62,752 nt of DNA, filler included, from Asterionella formosa (GCA_002256025.1; 19 parts of 19 records of this genome joined end to end with filler, not necessarily neighbours in it), one strand, 5' to 3'; shown: positions 23,283-36,100, numbered from the whole stretch's first letter. The notes: generated from the sequence alone by a model not told the origin. Made by a program: numbers and translations.

Positions 23283-24059
23283 ATGAGCTCGACGAAGAGG
23301 ACCATGAAGCCGACAGATACTTCTCCGCTGCCATGCTTTTCCTACTTTATCGAGTTAGGCGATGATTTAATTGCCCAAGTTCTTTCCTTTGTTGCGGACG
23401 TACCTTTTGAGAATAAATCATCCTCGTATAGATCCAACTTGACTCATGTGTTGCCTGTTGTTTCCAAGAATATCCGCCGCATCAGCTCAACCGATTTCTT
23501 TTGGAAATCCGCCTTGGAGCGCCTATTGCTTAAAGACCCGTCCCTCTGGGAACCAGGTATCTCATCACTTTTACCGAAAGGTACAGCATCACCATCATGT
23601 GCCACACTCCTTATTGAAAAAGTAGTCTCTGCTCACTGCTGCACGTATCGAACTATCTTTCAACGCCTCACTAGGGAGTACATTCGGTACTCTGCCCCAA
23701 TTTTCCACATGCGAGGTGAAGTCGAGCTTGGCGTTACATTTGGTCTCCACTTCTTTGAACCTAGGTATCGGTACTTGATCTCGCAGGTTATGGTGGGACA
23801 TGACACTTTGGGCGAGGCCCTTGTGGATGGCCCGAGCTTCATTTACGCACACTCATCGCCCCTTGCGCCAGAGACACTGGCCTGTGTCGTCCAGGTTCAA
23901 TGTTGCAGAATATATCACGACGGCTCCTCTGATGTTTTTCTTGTGCCGAAGCACTTTGTTGTGTTGGAGAAGATCTGGGAATTACCGAAAACAGGTCGAT
24001 TGTATAAAGGCCAGTGTGTGCGAGTGGGATCAGAACAGTTGAGATTTATGCAGCTATGA
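23283..24059 (+). CDS. F-box-like plus Lon N-terminal (substrate-binding) domain protein
   Basis: F-box-like FIELGDDLIAQVLSFV...LPVVSKNIRRISSTDFFWK is followed by the Lon-N motif PIFHM...LHFFEPRYRYLI...DGSSDV. Confidence 0.7.
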   Translation: MSSTKRTMKPTDTSPLPCFSYFIELGDDLIAQVLSFVADVPFENKSSSYRSNLTHVLPVVSKNIRRISSTDFFWKSALERLLLKDPSLWEPGISSLLPKGTASPSCATLLIEKVVSAHCCTYRTIFQRLTREYIRYSAPIFHMRGEVELGVTFGLHFFEPRYRYLISQVMVGHDTLGEALVDGPSFIYAHSSPLAPETLACVVQVQCCRIYHDGSSDVFLVPKHFVVLEKIWELPKTGRLYKGQCVRVGSEQLRFMQL

Positions 24060-24615
24060 CGCGATTCGAAAGGGGTACGTTTCGTCCGATCCACATTAAC
24101 TGGAAGGCTTTGTTGAGTTAAAGATGAATCCGCGGAAATGGAGAGCGTAGTGTTGGTGTATGAGTACCCAGGGAAGTAACCACCAGATGAATTTGTCGCC
24201 GATTATCATTTACCAGTAATCTGTATACATTAGTTCGTTTAGAGTACCGTAATACTTTATGGAAAAACTATTTAGCATTGCAAAGACATCCTTTTGAAGT
24301 ATCATGATTTCCACCATATTGAATGTTCTAGATCTTTTTCAATTCTCTCGGTCAGTGGAGAAACGCCAACTGCAACAGCATCGGTAAAGGACGAATGCAC
24401 ATGGTTGATGAATCGTGAGTTTTACCGATAATGGTGTTCGTCGATTTGCATGTATGGTCGTTGAAGGCAACGAGAAAAGGTCTGGGCACTCCGAAGGCGA
24501 CGGGGTGTATCTCCAGAGGATAAAAATCACCAAATCGTTTCTCACTACCCTCGTACTATGCGAATCGATCGGCGGAATAATTGAAACAAATCTATAGTTC
24601 TACAACGAAATTAAA

Positions 24616-26417
24616 TTAAACGGACAATACGGGCATTTGAGAGGTAAAAGGACCATCACAATCCTCCACATCAGAATCATCAACATGGACATCGTTGCCG
24701 GCATCATTGTACCCAACACCAGCGGCTGCAGCCGTAACAGAATCTGCCACTCCTTCCAACAGGTCCAAAAATTGAGGACTGGGAGTATTCCTTCTTTGTC
24801 GCTTGCCGGTAGTAGGTCTTGATTTCCTTGTGCGTTTTTTCGTCCTTCTTACTTCATGCTCCATGAGGTCCATATCTTTGTACAATCGAGTGCGAACAAG
24901 CTCCAGGTCAACAACCGGGCGAGGGTTGCTGGGTGAGAAGATACTGGCCCTTGGAATGGCACAACTAGCCAGCTGACCTTCGGTAACTTCGTTGCTACGC
25001 TCAACGATCCACTTGTGTTCCAGTGCAGCTCCGGCTGATATCCTTCGCTCGGGAGATGGATCGAGCATGCTTTGAATCAGTTGTTTGGCATCTTGAGACA
25101 CGCACTTCCAGTGTGAAGCAGGAAAGGCGACACCAAATGAACTGCCATCAGCGCCCATTTCAAAATAAGAAGGGGGAGCACCAGAGAGAACGACGTAGAG
25201 AGTGACTCCAAGGGAGTACACATCAGCAGAGGTATCGTATCCGGCCCCTACGCAAACTTCGGGAGCAGCATATAAATCCGATCCGACCGTGGAGTATGCC
25301 CTTGATTTGATGAGGCTCATTGGCGAGTCTTCTTCGTCACTTGAAGTGCCTGAGTCGAAATCCTCAGAGAGAACACGGGCAAGCCCAAAGTCACATAGCT
25401 TCACAGTGACATCAGAGTCGTCAACACTGGTCAGCAAAATGTTCTCTGGCTTGACGTCGCGATGGACAATGTTCCTGTCATGAAGCGCCTTGAGGACCGA
25501 GAGAATCTGTGCCGCAATACGCGCTCCTTGGATTTCGCTGAATGTTCGACGCTTGGACGAACAGACGCCTTCACGCTTACGCTGAATGGCATCGAAGAGC
25601 TCACCGCCACGGCAGTACTCAGTGACAATCTGAATTTCCTCGTCAGTTTCGTAAACATCAAGTAATGAAACAACATTGGGATGTTGCTGCAGCTGCTTCA
25701 AAATTTCCCACTCATCAAGAGAAGGCCGACTGATTCTTGATCGCCTCGATCGAAGTGCATCATGTTTGGATACACACTTGATGGCAACTTTTATTTGATC
25801 TTTTCGTCGGATTGCGAGATGTACTGTTGACCTAGCCCCGTGGCCAAGAATGCCACAGGACGGAGCACGGAGATCAAAATCCGCATTCAGAAATCTAGCA
25901 GTGTCTGGATCAGCAATGCGGACTGTTTCCTCGGGTCGTCGAAATGCAGAAAGGGTGAGCGGAGGCCTTCGCGTTGATTCGAACTCCAACTCCAACGAAT
26001 CAGATTTTTCATGGAGAGGACTGCTAGGGCCAACGTTCTTCGTTGTGCTTGATGCTTCTGGTCGAACGAGGGGAGAAGACAATTGCCTCTTGCATTGGAA
26101 GGTTGACATGCTATCCTGTGGGAAGAGATCATCGTTGTTGCATTTGTTCGTATCTTGATGGAATTCTTCGTGACCAAATTTCGCTTCTTGGCTACCTTCG
26201 TTGATGTACAAACAATCAGCGCTGGTGTCAAATAATTGGGAGGCTCCATTTTTAACGTTATAAGACACGTCTGATGGAATCTTGAATTTTGATTGGGCCG
26301 TTGGGTTCTCGGTTGGTGATGATTCTCTCCCCGATCCATGACGACTGCCAGCAGGAATTTTCGGATTCCACCCTTGTTTGCAACTCGTCAGATCTCGAGA
26401 ATAAGTTCGTCGCAACA
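24616..26417 (-). CDS. Ser/Thr protein kinase, CAMK-like (5' end beyond the contig)
   Basis: Motifs LGHGARSTV, VAIK, HPNVV, EYCRGGELFD, HRDVKPEN, DFG, APE and DVYSLG. Confidence 0.93.
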
Positions 26418-27789
26418 NNNNNNNNNNNNNNNNNNNNNNNNNNNNNNNNNNNNNNNNNNNNTTAATTAATTAANNNNNNNNNNNNNNNNNNNNNNNNNNN
26501 NNNNNNNNNNNNNNNNNAGTATTGATTGAGAGGAAGCAATGGTAGAATGGCTGCCAAACAGGCAGGGGCAGCCAAACACAGAGAATCCTACCAGTCCCTT
26601 CTTGAATGTTACTTGCTAACAGCAGGGAGAGAGACGCAACATTAGTAAGGCATTGCTTGGCACAAGATTCAGAAAAAAGGAAGAAAAACATTGAGACAAG
26701 TGGAGAGGAGGAGAGAAACATTCCTTGGGTAGCTGTCGAAACAGAAATATCATTGCCAAATTTGATAGTAAAATTACAATCCATTTAAACTTTTTTTGAA
26801 CAATGCTTGTGATTAGCATTATGATCATGTTTACAAGAGATTTACGATGAAAAAATTTACATGATAGTATATAGTTGAGCTGATTTTAGGATGCGTTGTA
26901 GTAATAATTTTCATCGGGCAATCATGAGAATTGAAAATAATATGAGAAGGTTAATGATGTTGATGAATAATGTTTTTTGATCAGTTGATATACATTGTGT
27001 GATGATAATGTTCTTATTATCATTATACTTCAAGCTCGGTAAAATATTAAGAAATCATCATAGTAGTTATAGGATACCTTGATCATAGTTTTGATCCAAA
27101 ACTTATCATACATACGAAAATGCAGTGCCACTTAGCATATGATACCCTTGATCCGATGTGCATGATATATTTTTTTGAAGACGTTATTATGCAAGACTAA
27201 CCTTTCAAGTTTTAGCTTATCTCTTGTCTGCAATGCGCTATCAAATGCATTGACAAAGAGAGCAAATTCATCCTTTGAGAGTCCAGATGATATTGACTCC
27301 CAATTGAAAGGGGAAATTTCAGTTGTGTTCCTTGGTAAGAACCTTTAATGTTTTTTTAGACCAATAGGTTCCAAGGCTAAAAATTATCCATCTTCTTGAC
27401 ATGAGGTACTTTCGACGGAAAGCCCACATGATCTAATGATACTACCATGCCGTCCAACTGCTTCCAATTGCAGTTCTCTAGACAAAACTCAAGGTAGGCA
27501 TCCCTGACCTAAGAATATGGTACAGTATTTACCACGCTAGATCTACTATATCATTAGTTGATATAAGTCCTATATAACGTTAAGCTTATAGGCTCTTCTA
27601 TACAGACAATATACTTGTTTACTCTCACTGTAGAGATTTACACAATACACACTGTGTACGTATACCACGTCAACCATAAGTGAACGGTGTACCCTTTTAA
27701 ATTACGCACACAACTACCATGAAACCCATACATAGTTACATAAACATGTACACGAGAGTGATCATGATTAGTACGTGATGCTATACACA

Positions 27790-28800
27790 CGGTTACTACG
27801 GATCAGGGAATCAGTCAGGTGCAGATGTTTCTCAGTCATATGCGTCATCAAGACAAGATTGGAATCTTGCTTCAAATCTTGCTGGAAAATTTACAATTGA
27901 TCATTGGCTTGCCCCTTCTTCCCATGACTTATGATCCACACCAATTCTTACGTTATGTAGAGCCATCTTGGTTGACAAATGTCTGGGAATTAATTTATTC
28001 AATTAAGGGTCAGGTTCACCTTGAGGACTGTTGGGAATCCGGTGAACAGCGGTCTCAGGACAAAAACCTCATGTCCATATGGACATACTATCCTGGCTGG
28101 AAACTCGCTCTCAGGGAATTGAAACGATTAAATGCACATAGACAATTTCTTCAGGTGGTCTCAGTTGCAGACATAAGTGACGCAACAGGAAGATTTATTA
28201 CTAATAATATCTTCAAAGGGAATCGTCATCCTGACAGAAAGAGTTCTTACAGGTGGCCGCCGCAGCAGCAACCATCCCCTCTTGCATGGGGCCTGTGACA
28301 TAAAACATTTTATAGAACATTATGCACTCGGTCCAGGCGGCTATTTATGGAATTGAGAAGTCGGCCATGGAAGAGATAGTTTGGTGGAAGGGTGATATTC
28401 CACCTCCAAGCAACACCATAGGGTATACAACCTTCGAGGCCTTTATAAATCAACAAGACATAGGTTGGGACCAGGAAATACAGGGTCGTATTAGCGTCAA
28501 TTGGGGGAAGGCCAATGCGTCTTATTGTAATGAAAAATTAATCCATTCTGACCCAGCTATTGATAACCAATGGACTAGCAAGCTCATCAATGAACTTTGA
28601 AACTTTGGAATTGGGCAATGGACATCACGAAATCAGTTCCTCTATGGTGTCACAGACGAACAGATCGATATACTTAGCAAAGAAGCTGATCGAATCATCA
28701 TACAGCTGTATTCCCAGGCGGACAGAGTCTCATTGTCTGACATGTTTCTCTTTCAACTTCCTTGCCAGAATCGCAAATCACATCACAGGCCAATAATCCA
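27790..28800 (+). mobile_element. Non-LTR retrotransposon (LINE, Ambal-like) post-RT and C-terminal remnant, internally deleted
   Basis: LQLIIG...PSWLTNVWE, RLNAHRQFLQVVSVADISDATG and QQDIGWDQEIQGRISVNW resemble diatom LINE ORF2 segments. Stops and frameshifts are present. Confidence 0.65.
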
Positions 28801-28929
28801 GGTTTAGCTCAAAATATTGGAGGTGGAGCTCAACTCCGACTATTACCCTGATGGGCAATCCTTGGCCGATGACATCCCAGGACACGGTACCGGGTATCAT
28901 AACACAGTGCATTGTTCTTTTTCTGCAAA

Positions 28930-29725
28930 AAAACCCATCATATTTCCATGATGCATCATAGGTTTTTCGTTATATCATCTAATAATTCTGATAAATGCCA
29001 TCGTAATTTAAAAATAACCCTTTTAAATATAGAAATTTAATTATTATATGTATTGTTTCTTTTAGGTTCCTTTATTTCAATTTCTTGTTAGGATAATGTA
29101 CCAGTTAGAGTAATGTGGTTTGGCTCATCATCCTCATCAGTCCTCACTGTGTGTGCGTGCACACAATGTCGACTTGTTTTCATTGGTATGTTGTTCTTGT
29201 ATTCACTGTTGAACTTGTCCGCATCTTTGTTACCATCAATAGAGCGACAAGTGGGTTTCTTCATTGTTGTTTGCTCCTGGAAAAGTCGGTGTCTGTGTCA
29301 TCCTCATCAATAGAGAGACAAGTTCTTTCGTTAGAAAAATTGGTACTCGTGGTATCATCATTCGCTCGTTCGAACCACTGTCCGTTGCCTCAAACCTGAT
29401 TAGCGTGTGAGTATGTGCACTGTCGACTTTTGTACATTACAGGCGGAGTGACTTGTTAGCTACTAAATTGCGTGATAAAATAATATACCCTGTAGCACAA
29501 TGCAGAATACAGTTGCTTCCCAATCATCTCATCATGATTGATAAGATGATAATGTGATATCACGATAGGTTTACATCGATACATACATCACCAAAGTGTG
29601 ATACGTAATATTGAATAAAGTATATCACAGATCTATGATGCATTGTTCAAAGAAATGTGATGATTTCTTAAACTGTTTATGATATAATTTTGATCGAAAT
29701 ATGATTATGTTAAAATAATACTATG
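28930..29725. repeat. Copy of the mosaic repeat family
   Basis: High identity to 6650-7225. The left part is homologous to ~15520-15760. Confidence 0.85.
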
Positions 29726-29945
29726 NNNNNNNNNNNNNNNNNNNNNNNNNNNNNNNNNNNNNNNNNNNNTTAATTAATTAANNNNNNNNNNNNNNNNNNN
29801 NNNNNNNNNNNNNNNNNNNNNNNNNAACGATATTTAGTCAGGATGATTACTTTTTCTCACTACCAGGGCACCAACGAAAGAAAAACAACTATCCATTAGT
29901 AACCCCCGGTTTACTAGAAAATCCTAGATCCTATCAGCAACAAAC

Positions 29946-31598
29946 ATGAAGGTCTTTTATTTCCTTAGTCTGCTCCTTTTGCTAGTCGAAAGTGAAGGAC
30001 ACAACAGGGAACATCATCATACAGAAGGAAAGGACGAGAGTTCGATGAAGGAAACAACAACCGGCCATCATCTGAGGCATTCCGCCAGCTCTCATCACAG
30101 CAAGCACAACGGCGAGCATCCTCCTCACAATCATCATGAGCATGATAAGCATCACCATGAGCATGAGCTGAAACATGAGCAGAAACATGAGCATGAACAC
30201 GAGCTGAAAGATAACCATGATCATGATCATCACCATGAGAATGAACATGAACATGATCATGAGCATAAGCAGCCTTCTCATGATCATCACCATGAGCATC
30301 CTTCTCATGAACATGAACATGATACGAGCAAGAAACCTAGTGGTCATCATCATGCCAGTAAAGTCATGGATTCAAAAGAAAAGAAAACAACAACCACCCT
30401 ACCTCCAGCTGTAGTGGTTGCCCCTCCAGCCGAAATTCCTCCTGCTGTAGAAGTTGCTACCCCAGTAGTCACGGATGGTAGCGGAGACAGTGAGGCTTCC
30501 CAGGATGCTGTTCCTCCTGAAGAAGTTGCTACCCCAGTAGTCACGGATGGTAGCGGAGACAGTGAGGCTTCCCAGGATGCTGTTCCTCCTGAAGAAGTTA
30601 CTACCCCAGTAGTCACGGATGGTAGCGGAGACAGTGAGGCTACCCAGGATGCAGTCGTTGATGTTGACAAGTCGTCGGATGAGAGTGAGAGCAGTGACAA
30701 TTCCGAGGATGAAGCCGCCAATGCTGATGAATCGTCTGATGAAAGTGCCAGTAGCGACACTTCCGAGGATGAAGCCGGAAGTGCCGATGAATCATCTGAT
30801 GAGAGTGCCAGTAGCGACACTTCCGAGGATGAAGCTGCCAGTGCTGATGCATCATCTGACGAGAGTGCCAGTAGCGACACTTCCGAGGATGAAGCCGCCA
30901 GTGCCGATGAATCGTTAGATGAGAGTGAGAGCAGTGACACTTCCGAGGATGAAGCCGCCAGTGCTGATGAATCGTCAGATGAGAGTGCCAGTAGCGACAC
31001 TTCCGAGGATGAAGATGCCAGTGCTGATGCATCATCGGATGAGAGTTCCAATGTCGGTGACGCAGTTGATCCTTCTGATGTTTCCCAAGATAGTACTGGT
31101 CCCGTTTTGGTCACAGTTGATGCAACTGACGAACCAACATCCTTTCAAGGTTTGGACGTGCTGGCACATGCCAGTGCCTCTAAGAGGACTGCGATTTTGG
31201 AAGAATCGACAAGCGCGACAACGAACCATGTAGCACATGGAACAAGGACCAATTCTACCCCCGCTAGCCACACATCGACAACAGCTAGCAAGGGAACTGT
31301 AAGGGCTGTTGCAAATTCTACCACCACCAGGAAATCGCATACATCCGCAAGGCAAAATGATACAGAGGTCATTATGGACTATGTTCATAATTTCACGACT
31401 CCCTCTGTTAGTGAGCATAGTTCAGCATCAAGCAAGGGAAGTGCCAATAATGAGAGCGAAATCTGGGATTTGAAATTTCCAGTGCTCTGGGTCATCATTG
31501 GTAGTCTTGCTGTGGCCGGTGTTGGCGTTATGGTGTACAAGCAATGCAAGCATAGGCGCGATGGATATCAACCACTTCAAGACTCACTCACTGTGTAA
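29946..31598 (+). CDS. Secretory type I membrane protein with a His-rich domain and Ser/Asp/Glu-rich repeats
   Basis: Signal peptide MKVFYFLSLLLLLVESEG, HE/HD-rich region, 3x 23-aa and ~6x 20-aa repeats, a TM helix FPVLWVIIGSLAVAGVGVMVY, and a short tail with YQPL. Confidence 0.88.
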   Translation: MKVFYFLSLLLLLVESEGHNREHHHTEGKDESSMKETTTGHHLRHSASSHHSKHNGEHPPHNHHEHDKHHHEHELKHEQKHEHEHELKDNHDHDHHHENEHEHDHEHKQPSHDHHHEHPSHEHEHDTSKKPSGHHHASKVMDSKEKKTTTTLPPAVVVAPPAEIPPAVEVATPVVTDGSGDSEASQDAVPPEEVATPVVTDGSGDSEASQDAVPPEEVTTPVVTDGSGDSEATQDAVVDVDKSSDESESSDNSEDEAANADESSDESASSDTSEDEAGSADESSDESASSDTSEDEAASADASSDESASSDTSEDEAASADESLDESESSDTSEDEAASADESSDESASSDTSEDEDASADASSDESSNVGDAVDPSDVSQDSTGPVLVTVDATDEPTSFQGLDVLAHASASKRTAILEESTSATTNHVAHGTRTNSTPASHTSTTASKGTVRAVANSTTTRKSHTSARQNDTEVIMDYVHNFTTPSVSEHSSASSKGSANNESEIWDLKFPVLWVIIGSLAVAGVGVMVYKQCKHRRDGYQPLQDSLTV

Positions 31599-32404
31599 AT
31601 CCCCAATTCATTCATTATTACTATTCATCACATACAACCAGAAACATACAATACAGATACAAGGCCAAAATACATACACGCAAGAAAGCCTACAAGGATA
31701 GAACTCATCATTGGGGTTTTTTCGACCTTGATATGAGAACAGCATCCCTGTTCACCAAGTTTATATAAGCATACATATAGAGAGATAAATGAGACGATAT
31801 GGACGATGAGCCCATTTGAACGTACACCAGCAGTTAGATTGATATCTGATTCTAAATGATTAGAGATCACATTTTACACATTTTTGTTGTTTGTTTTGGG
31901 ATGATCTGGTTATTCTAAATGGCAATATTATGATTTTACTTTATTGTATCCAGTGGTTACATCTCCATCGTTAACTCCAGAATCCAGTTCTCATTTTGGT
32001 CCAGCCACGTGCATGTGCATGATGGCATGTTCATAGAAGAGTGCGATTCGATATTACCAGTCCTCGTTGTTGTTCTTTATTTGTGTTGTGGTATTACACA
32101 AAACGTGAGAAGTAAAAGGAGGAAGTATCTATTACTTAAAAAGCATCGCTCCCATCGACTACACGAGAAAATTTGGCGGTGAACCGTAAGAATAGAAATC
32201 ATCGTCTGCTATTGGTTTTGTCGTGTCGAGAGGATAAGGCAAATATCACTAAATACTTCTGTATCCTCCATTGTTGCAACAAAGTCTCAAGGATTGAATC
32301 AAAAGGTTAATGAGTTGCTGGCTGAACATTTCTAGTCCAAAGTTCCACTTCGTTTTTTAAAACTATAATAGCAATGCACAAAGCAATGGTCCCCCACACA
32401 TCAT

Positions 32405-33004
32405 TCAAAGCGTAAATACCGCCATGGCACCACCACTTTCCTTTCTAAATTCTGAATCATCAGCGTGGTGTTGAATTTCTTTCAATACTGCACCCTCCTT
32501 TAAATATAAATTTGCTTCTTCACCTCGTCCTTCCTTAATAAATTGTGTAGCTAGCTGATCCCAAACTGCCTCGTCGTAGTCCTTTTTATCACCTTTGCCG
32601 GCAGTTGCAGCAGCCACATAGTCTGCTAGACCATGGAGTGTCGCTTTCGCCAAGAGTTGTCCCGATGTATCGGCCTTGGCTGCTTGTACCAACCTGGGAC
32701 AGACAAGATCCAAACGACCGAGGGTTCGGTTGACTACTTTGGCTCCATAGATTGTATTCTCCTTTCGAAACAATCGAGCCAATTGAAGTTTGGGAACTGC
32801 CTTGACAGTCTGGAGGTCCATTCCTGCAGGTACTAGGACATAGGTGTAAACATCACTTGTTTCGGTGGATGACGACGGTGGCAGAGAATGAACGACGGCG
32901 GTCTTCAATAATTGTGTGTGATCCGTCGACGACGCAAAAAACGTCCGTTTGCTGATTATTCCTAAACAATCGAAAGAGTGAAGTCGTAAAGATTGCATCA
33001 TCAT
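32405..33004 (-). CDS. Hypothetical protein, possibly mitochondrial
   Basis: Intact 199-aa ORF with normal composition and a presequence-like start (IISKRTFFASS). No family was recognised. Confidence 0.65.
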   Translation of the reverse strand: MMMQSLRLHSFDCLGIISKRTFFASSTDHTQLLKTAVVHSLPPSSSTETSDVYTYVLVPAGMDLQTVKAVPKLQLARLFRKENTIYGAKVVNRTLGRLDLVCPRLVQAAKADTSGQLLAKATLHGLADYVAAATAGKGDKKDYDEAVWDQLATQFIKEGRGEEANLYLKEGAVLKEIQHHADDSEFRKESGGAMAVFTL

Positions 33005-33132
33005 GATGGTTGATGTCTTTGATGCGTATAGTNNNNNNNNNNNNNNNNNNNNNNNNNNNNNNNNNNNNNNNNNNNNTTAATTAATTAANNNNNNNNNNNN
33101 NNNNNNNNNNNNNNNNNNNNNNNNNNNNNNNN

Positions 33133-36100
33133 GTTGCTCATATAGCCGTCAAAATAGCGCAGTAATCTTACCAGAACAACTTCCATTCCGGACCTCATTG
33201 TCCCTGCCTGTTGTCAACAACAATGCGTGAGCTGACAAGCCATACTAGCATTTTTCGCCAACTATTCCGTTGTTTGATTGGTTTTATGGTCCTATGCAGT
33301 TACAGAAACAATGAGAAGGAATGATTTGTTAGCTAGTAGTCATGTTACATTGAAACAACGACACGCAATTCCATCGTATCCTCTTGCTTCACTTACCACA
33401 AATCAATGCAACTGAGGATGCATAAGTCTGTTATAGTAACTTTTCAGTAAGCCAAATTCTTGAATAAGTAAGTTTCGGGTATCCAATGTTGTCGAATAAA
33501 ACTTACCGGTTCATTTTTGTCATCTTCACTTTGAGAGAAGGTAAACGTTTTGTCAGCTTTGTTCCAACAGAAGTGAATAGGTCCAACGAGCGACAAGAGC
33601 ACTTACGCAATTTGGTTCGGTTTTGTTTTACATTGGTGCTCCCCAAGTCAGCTTTGTTCCAACAGAAGTGAATAGGTCCAACGAGCGACAAGAGCACTTA
33701 CGCAATTTGGTTCGGTTTTGTTTTACATTGGTGCTCCCCAACAAGCGAAACGAGCTGTTGAATCAACTGAGAAAAAAGGAAATGTGGCTGCGTTTAGTTA
33801 ACAATTTGATGTTGTGCTGCCTGTCTCCCAACGATTGTCATCCTAGTACCACATTGATGGCTTCATTACCTTAAACATTCTCCATCCTTCGAAGGCACAA
33901 TGTGTCGAAGTCACAATGTTTTTTTCGTTATGTATTGCGTAAACTTACTTTGCTTTTCATGTGATTTACTACGACATATCTTTTCATGAAGCAGCAGGCA
34001 TTGTTTGTTAACATGACAGAACGATTTCAAAAATAAATATGCCATGAATACAGTAATAGAATTTGTAAATATATGTATATATATATATTAAGTAATATAC
34101 ATTTATAAAATTCAAAGGCGCTCTCGATATGGAACATCTGATATGGTTGAGATGGCCATACTCGCATATACATAATTCGAAAATACTCAATGCACTATAT
34201 GTCCATTGTTTTCCACAACTACGTGTACCGGAATTGTTTCTGAAATTTGTTTGCATCGATATTTTCTACGTCCGTTGAAACTAATTATTTAGACCGTTCA
34301 AATGCCGCAAAGGTTTTGGTAGCAAATTGTTTAATCCCCTTTTTTGGGCGGGAGCTCTTCATGTGTACCGGTACATCATATGACAATAACAATGTATCAT
34401 TTATACATACAGAGTACCAGTAGCAGGTAGTAACTGATATACTGGGGGTAGTCGGAGTAGTACCGGTAAACTAGCAACAGAACACCATATGTTCAGGACT
34501 GTTGCTACTGCAGTGGGACAGTAAATCATCATAGTTTTTGCATTGTATGATCGTAAAATTATGATCCAAAAGAACACCATATGTTCATGACTGCTGCTAT
34601 TGCAGCGGGACAGTAAATCATCATAGTTTTAGGATCGTATGATCGTAAAAGTAAAAACCAATGGAATACCATATATTCAGGACTGTTGCTACTACCGTGG
34701 GACAATAAATCATCATAGTTCTAGGATTTTATGATCGTAAAACTAAAAACCAATAGTCGGAGTAATAAGCGAGCAACAGAACACCATATGTTCTGGCATA
34801 CCTACCCGGTAGTTATCATAAAATTGCTTTTATGAATTTAACTGGCGCGATAATTAGCCATGCTGACGAGTTACTACCGGTACCAGGTAGAACGTCTACA
34901 TCTTTTATCAGCACCTACAGTTATGGTGGTACAATGTTTTTCCCTATTATTTTCTGTCACAGCTTGTAGAGAGGCTGTGAAAGTCAAAGCGCTGCCCCCC
35001 GCCCCCCCCCTCTATTATACCGGAAAATTTTGGTACATCACCCATTATCGTGCGTTGCAACGGCCTGCGACAGGGTGGCTGTGGTTATGGAGCAGGGGGT
35101 AGAACGCCACAACATGACGAAGTCCCAAGGATCATGAATGGGAAGAAAACTTTGCTGCATTCTGGTGGTACCATTGGACTTAGGAAACAGCGAGGAAGGT
35201 TGTATCCCGCCGTATCAAATGGTTTCGAATAAAAGGAGTTGGAACGAAGAGATGAGACAAGAACTGACCTGACACTTCTGTCCGACTTGGTTGATGGATG
35301 TCTCCCGCCTATTTGTGACTTCCTGCGCAACAAAACAAAACTTGCCACAACGACGAATCAAACGGGTTTCGAATATGAGGAGTGGTTGGAACGAAGAGAC
35401 TTGTCATAAACATGACACTTCTGTCCGACTCGGTCGATGGAGCAAAAGAAACGACACCATTTTGTTAGTAACTATTTATGAGTAAATAAAAATTCTTACT
35501 TCCATCTTTCCCCATAGGAATCAAGCAAAAACGAAACTAGTCCTGACAAGGAATACTGTGTTGTCGATCCGGAAAGTGGGGAACTCATTCGTCTCACAGT
35601 AGCCGAAAAGGAGCGTATCTTTCTGGACGCGCTTCAGTCCTATGATGCAGCTGGAAGGCAAATGCTCAAGGATGACGAATTTTACCTATTGAAGGAAGAT
35701 TTGCAATGGAAGAACGGATCTGAGCATATATATAGCTAAAACAAGGAAAGACGACACAACAATGAACGTGATGGCTGGTTGTTGAGGATACCGGTATGTG
35801 ATATGCATCAATCCATGTCACAAATCATATTATAGTGATGTACATATCAATGCATCTGTATACTTAGATCCTATCCACTGTATAATACTATCATATTAAG
35901 TGTTGACTTTAAGTGTATACATTAAACGACAAACATATATAATAATTAACATACTTTATGATTGCTTGATTTATATTCTATGATGTCTTGGTAACACTTG
36001 CGTACATATTTTATCGTATTTTATGGTCATTGTATTATTTTAACATGATCAAAATTATATCATAAACATTTCATAAAATCATCATAATTTTATGATCAAT

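Noticed and set aside
29982..31418. Long overlapping Met-rich, Ser-rich and His/Arg-rich ORFs
   Set aside because: These are alternate-frame and antisense shadows of the repetitive 29946-31598 gene.
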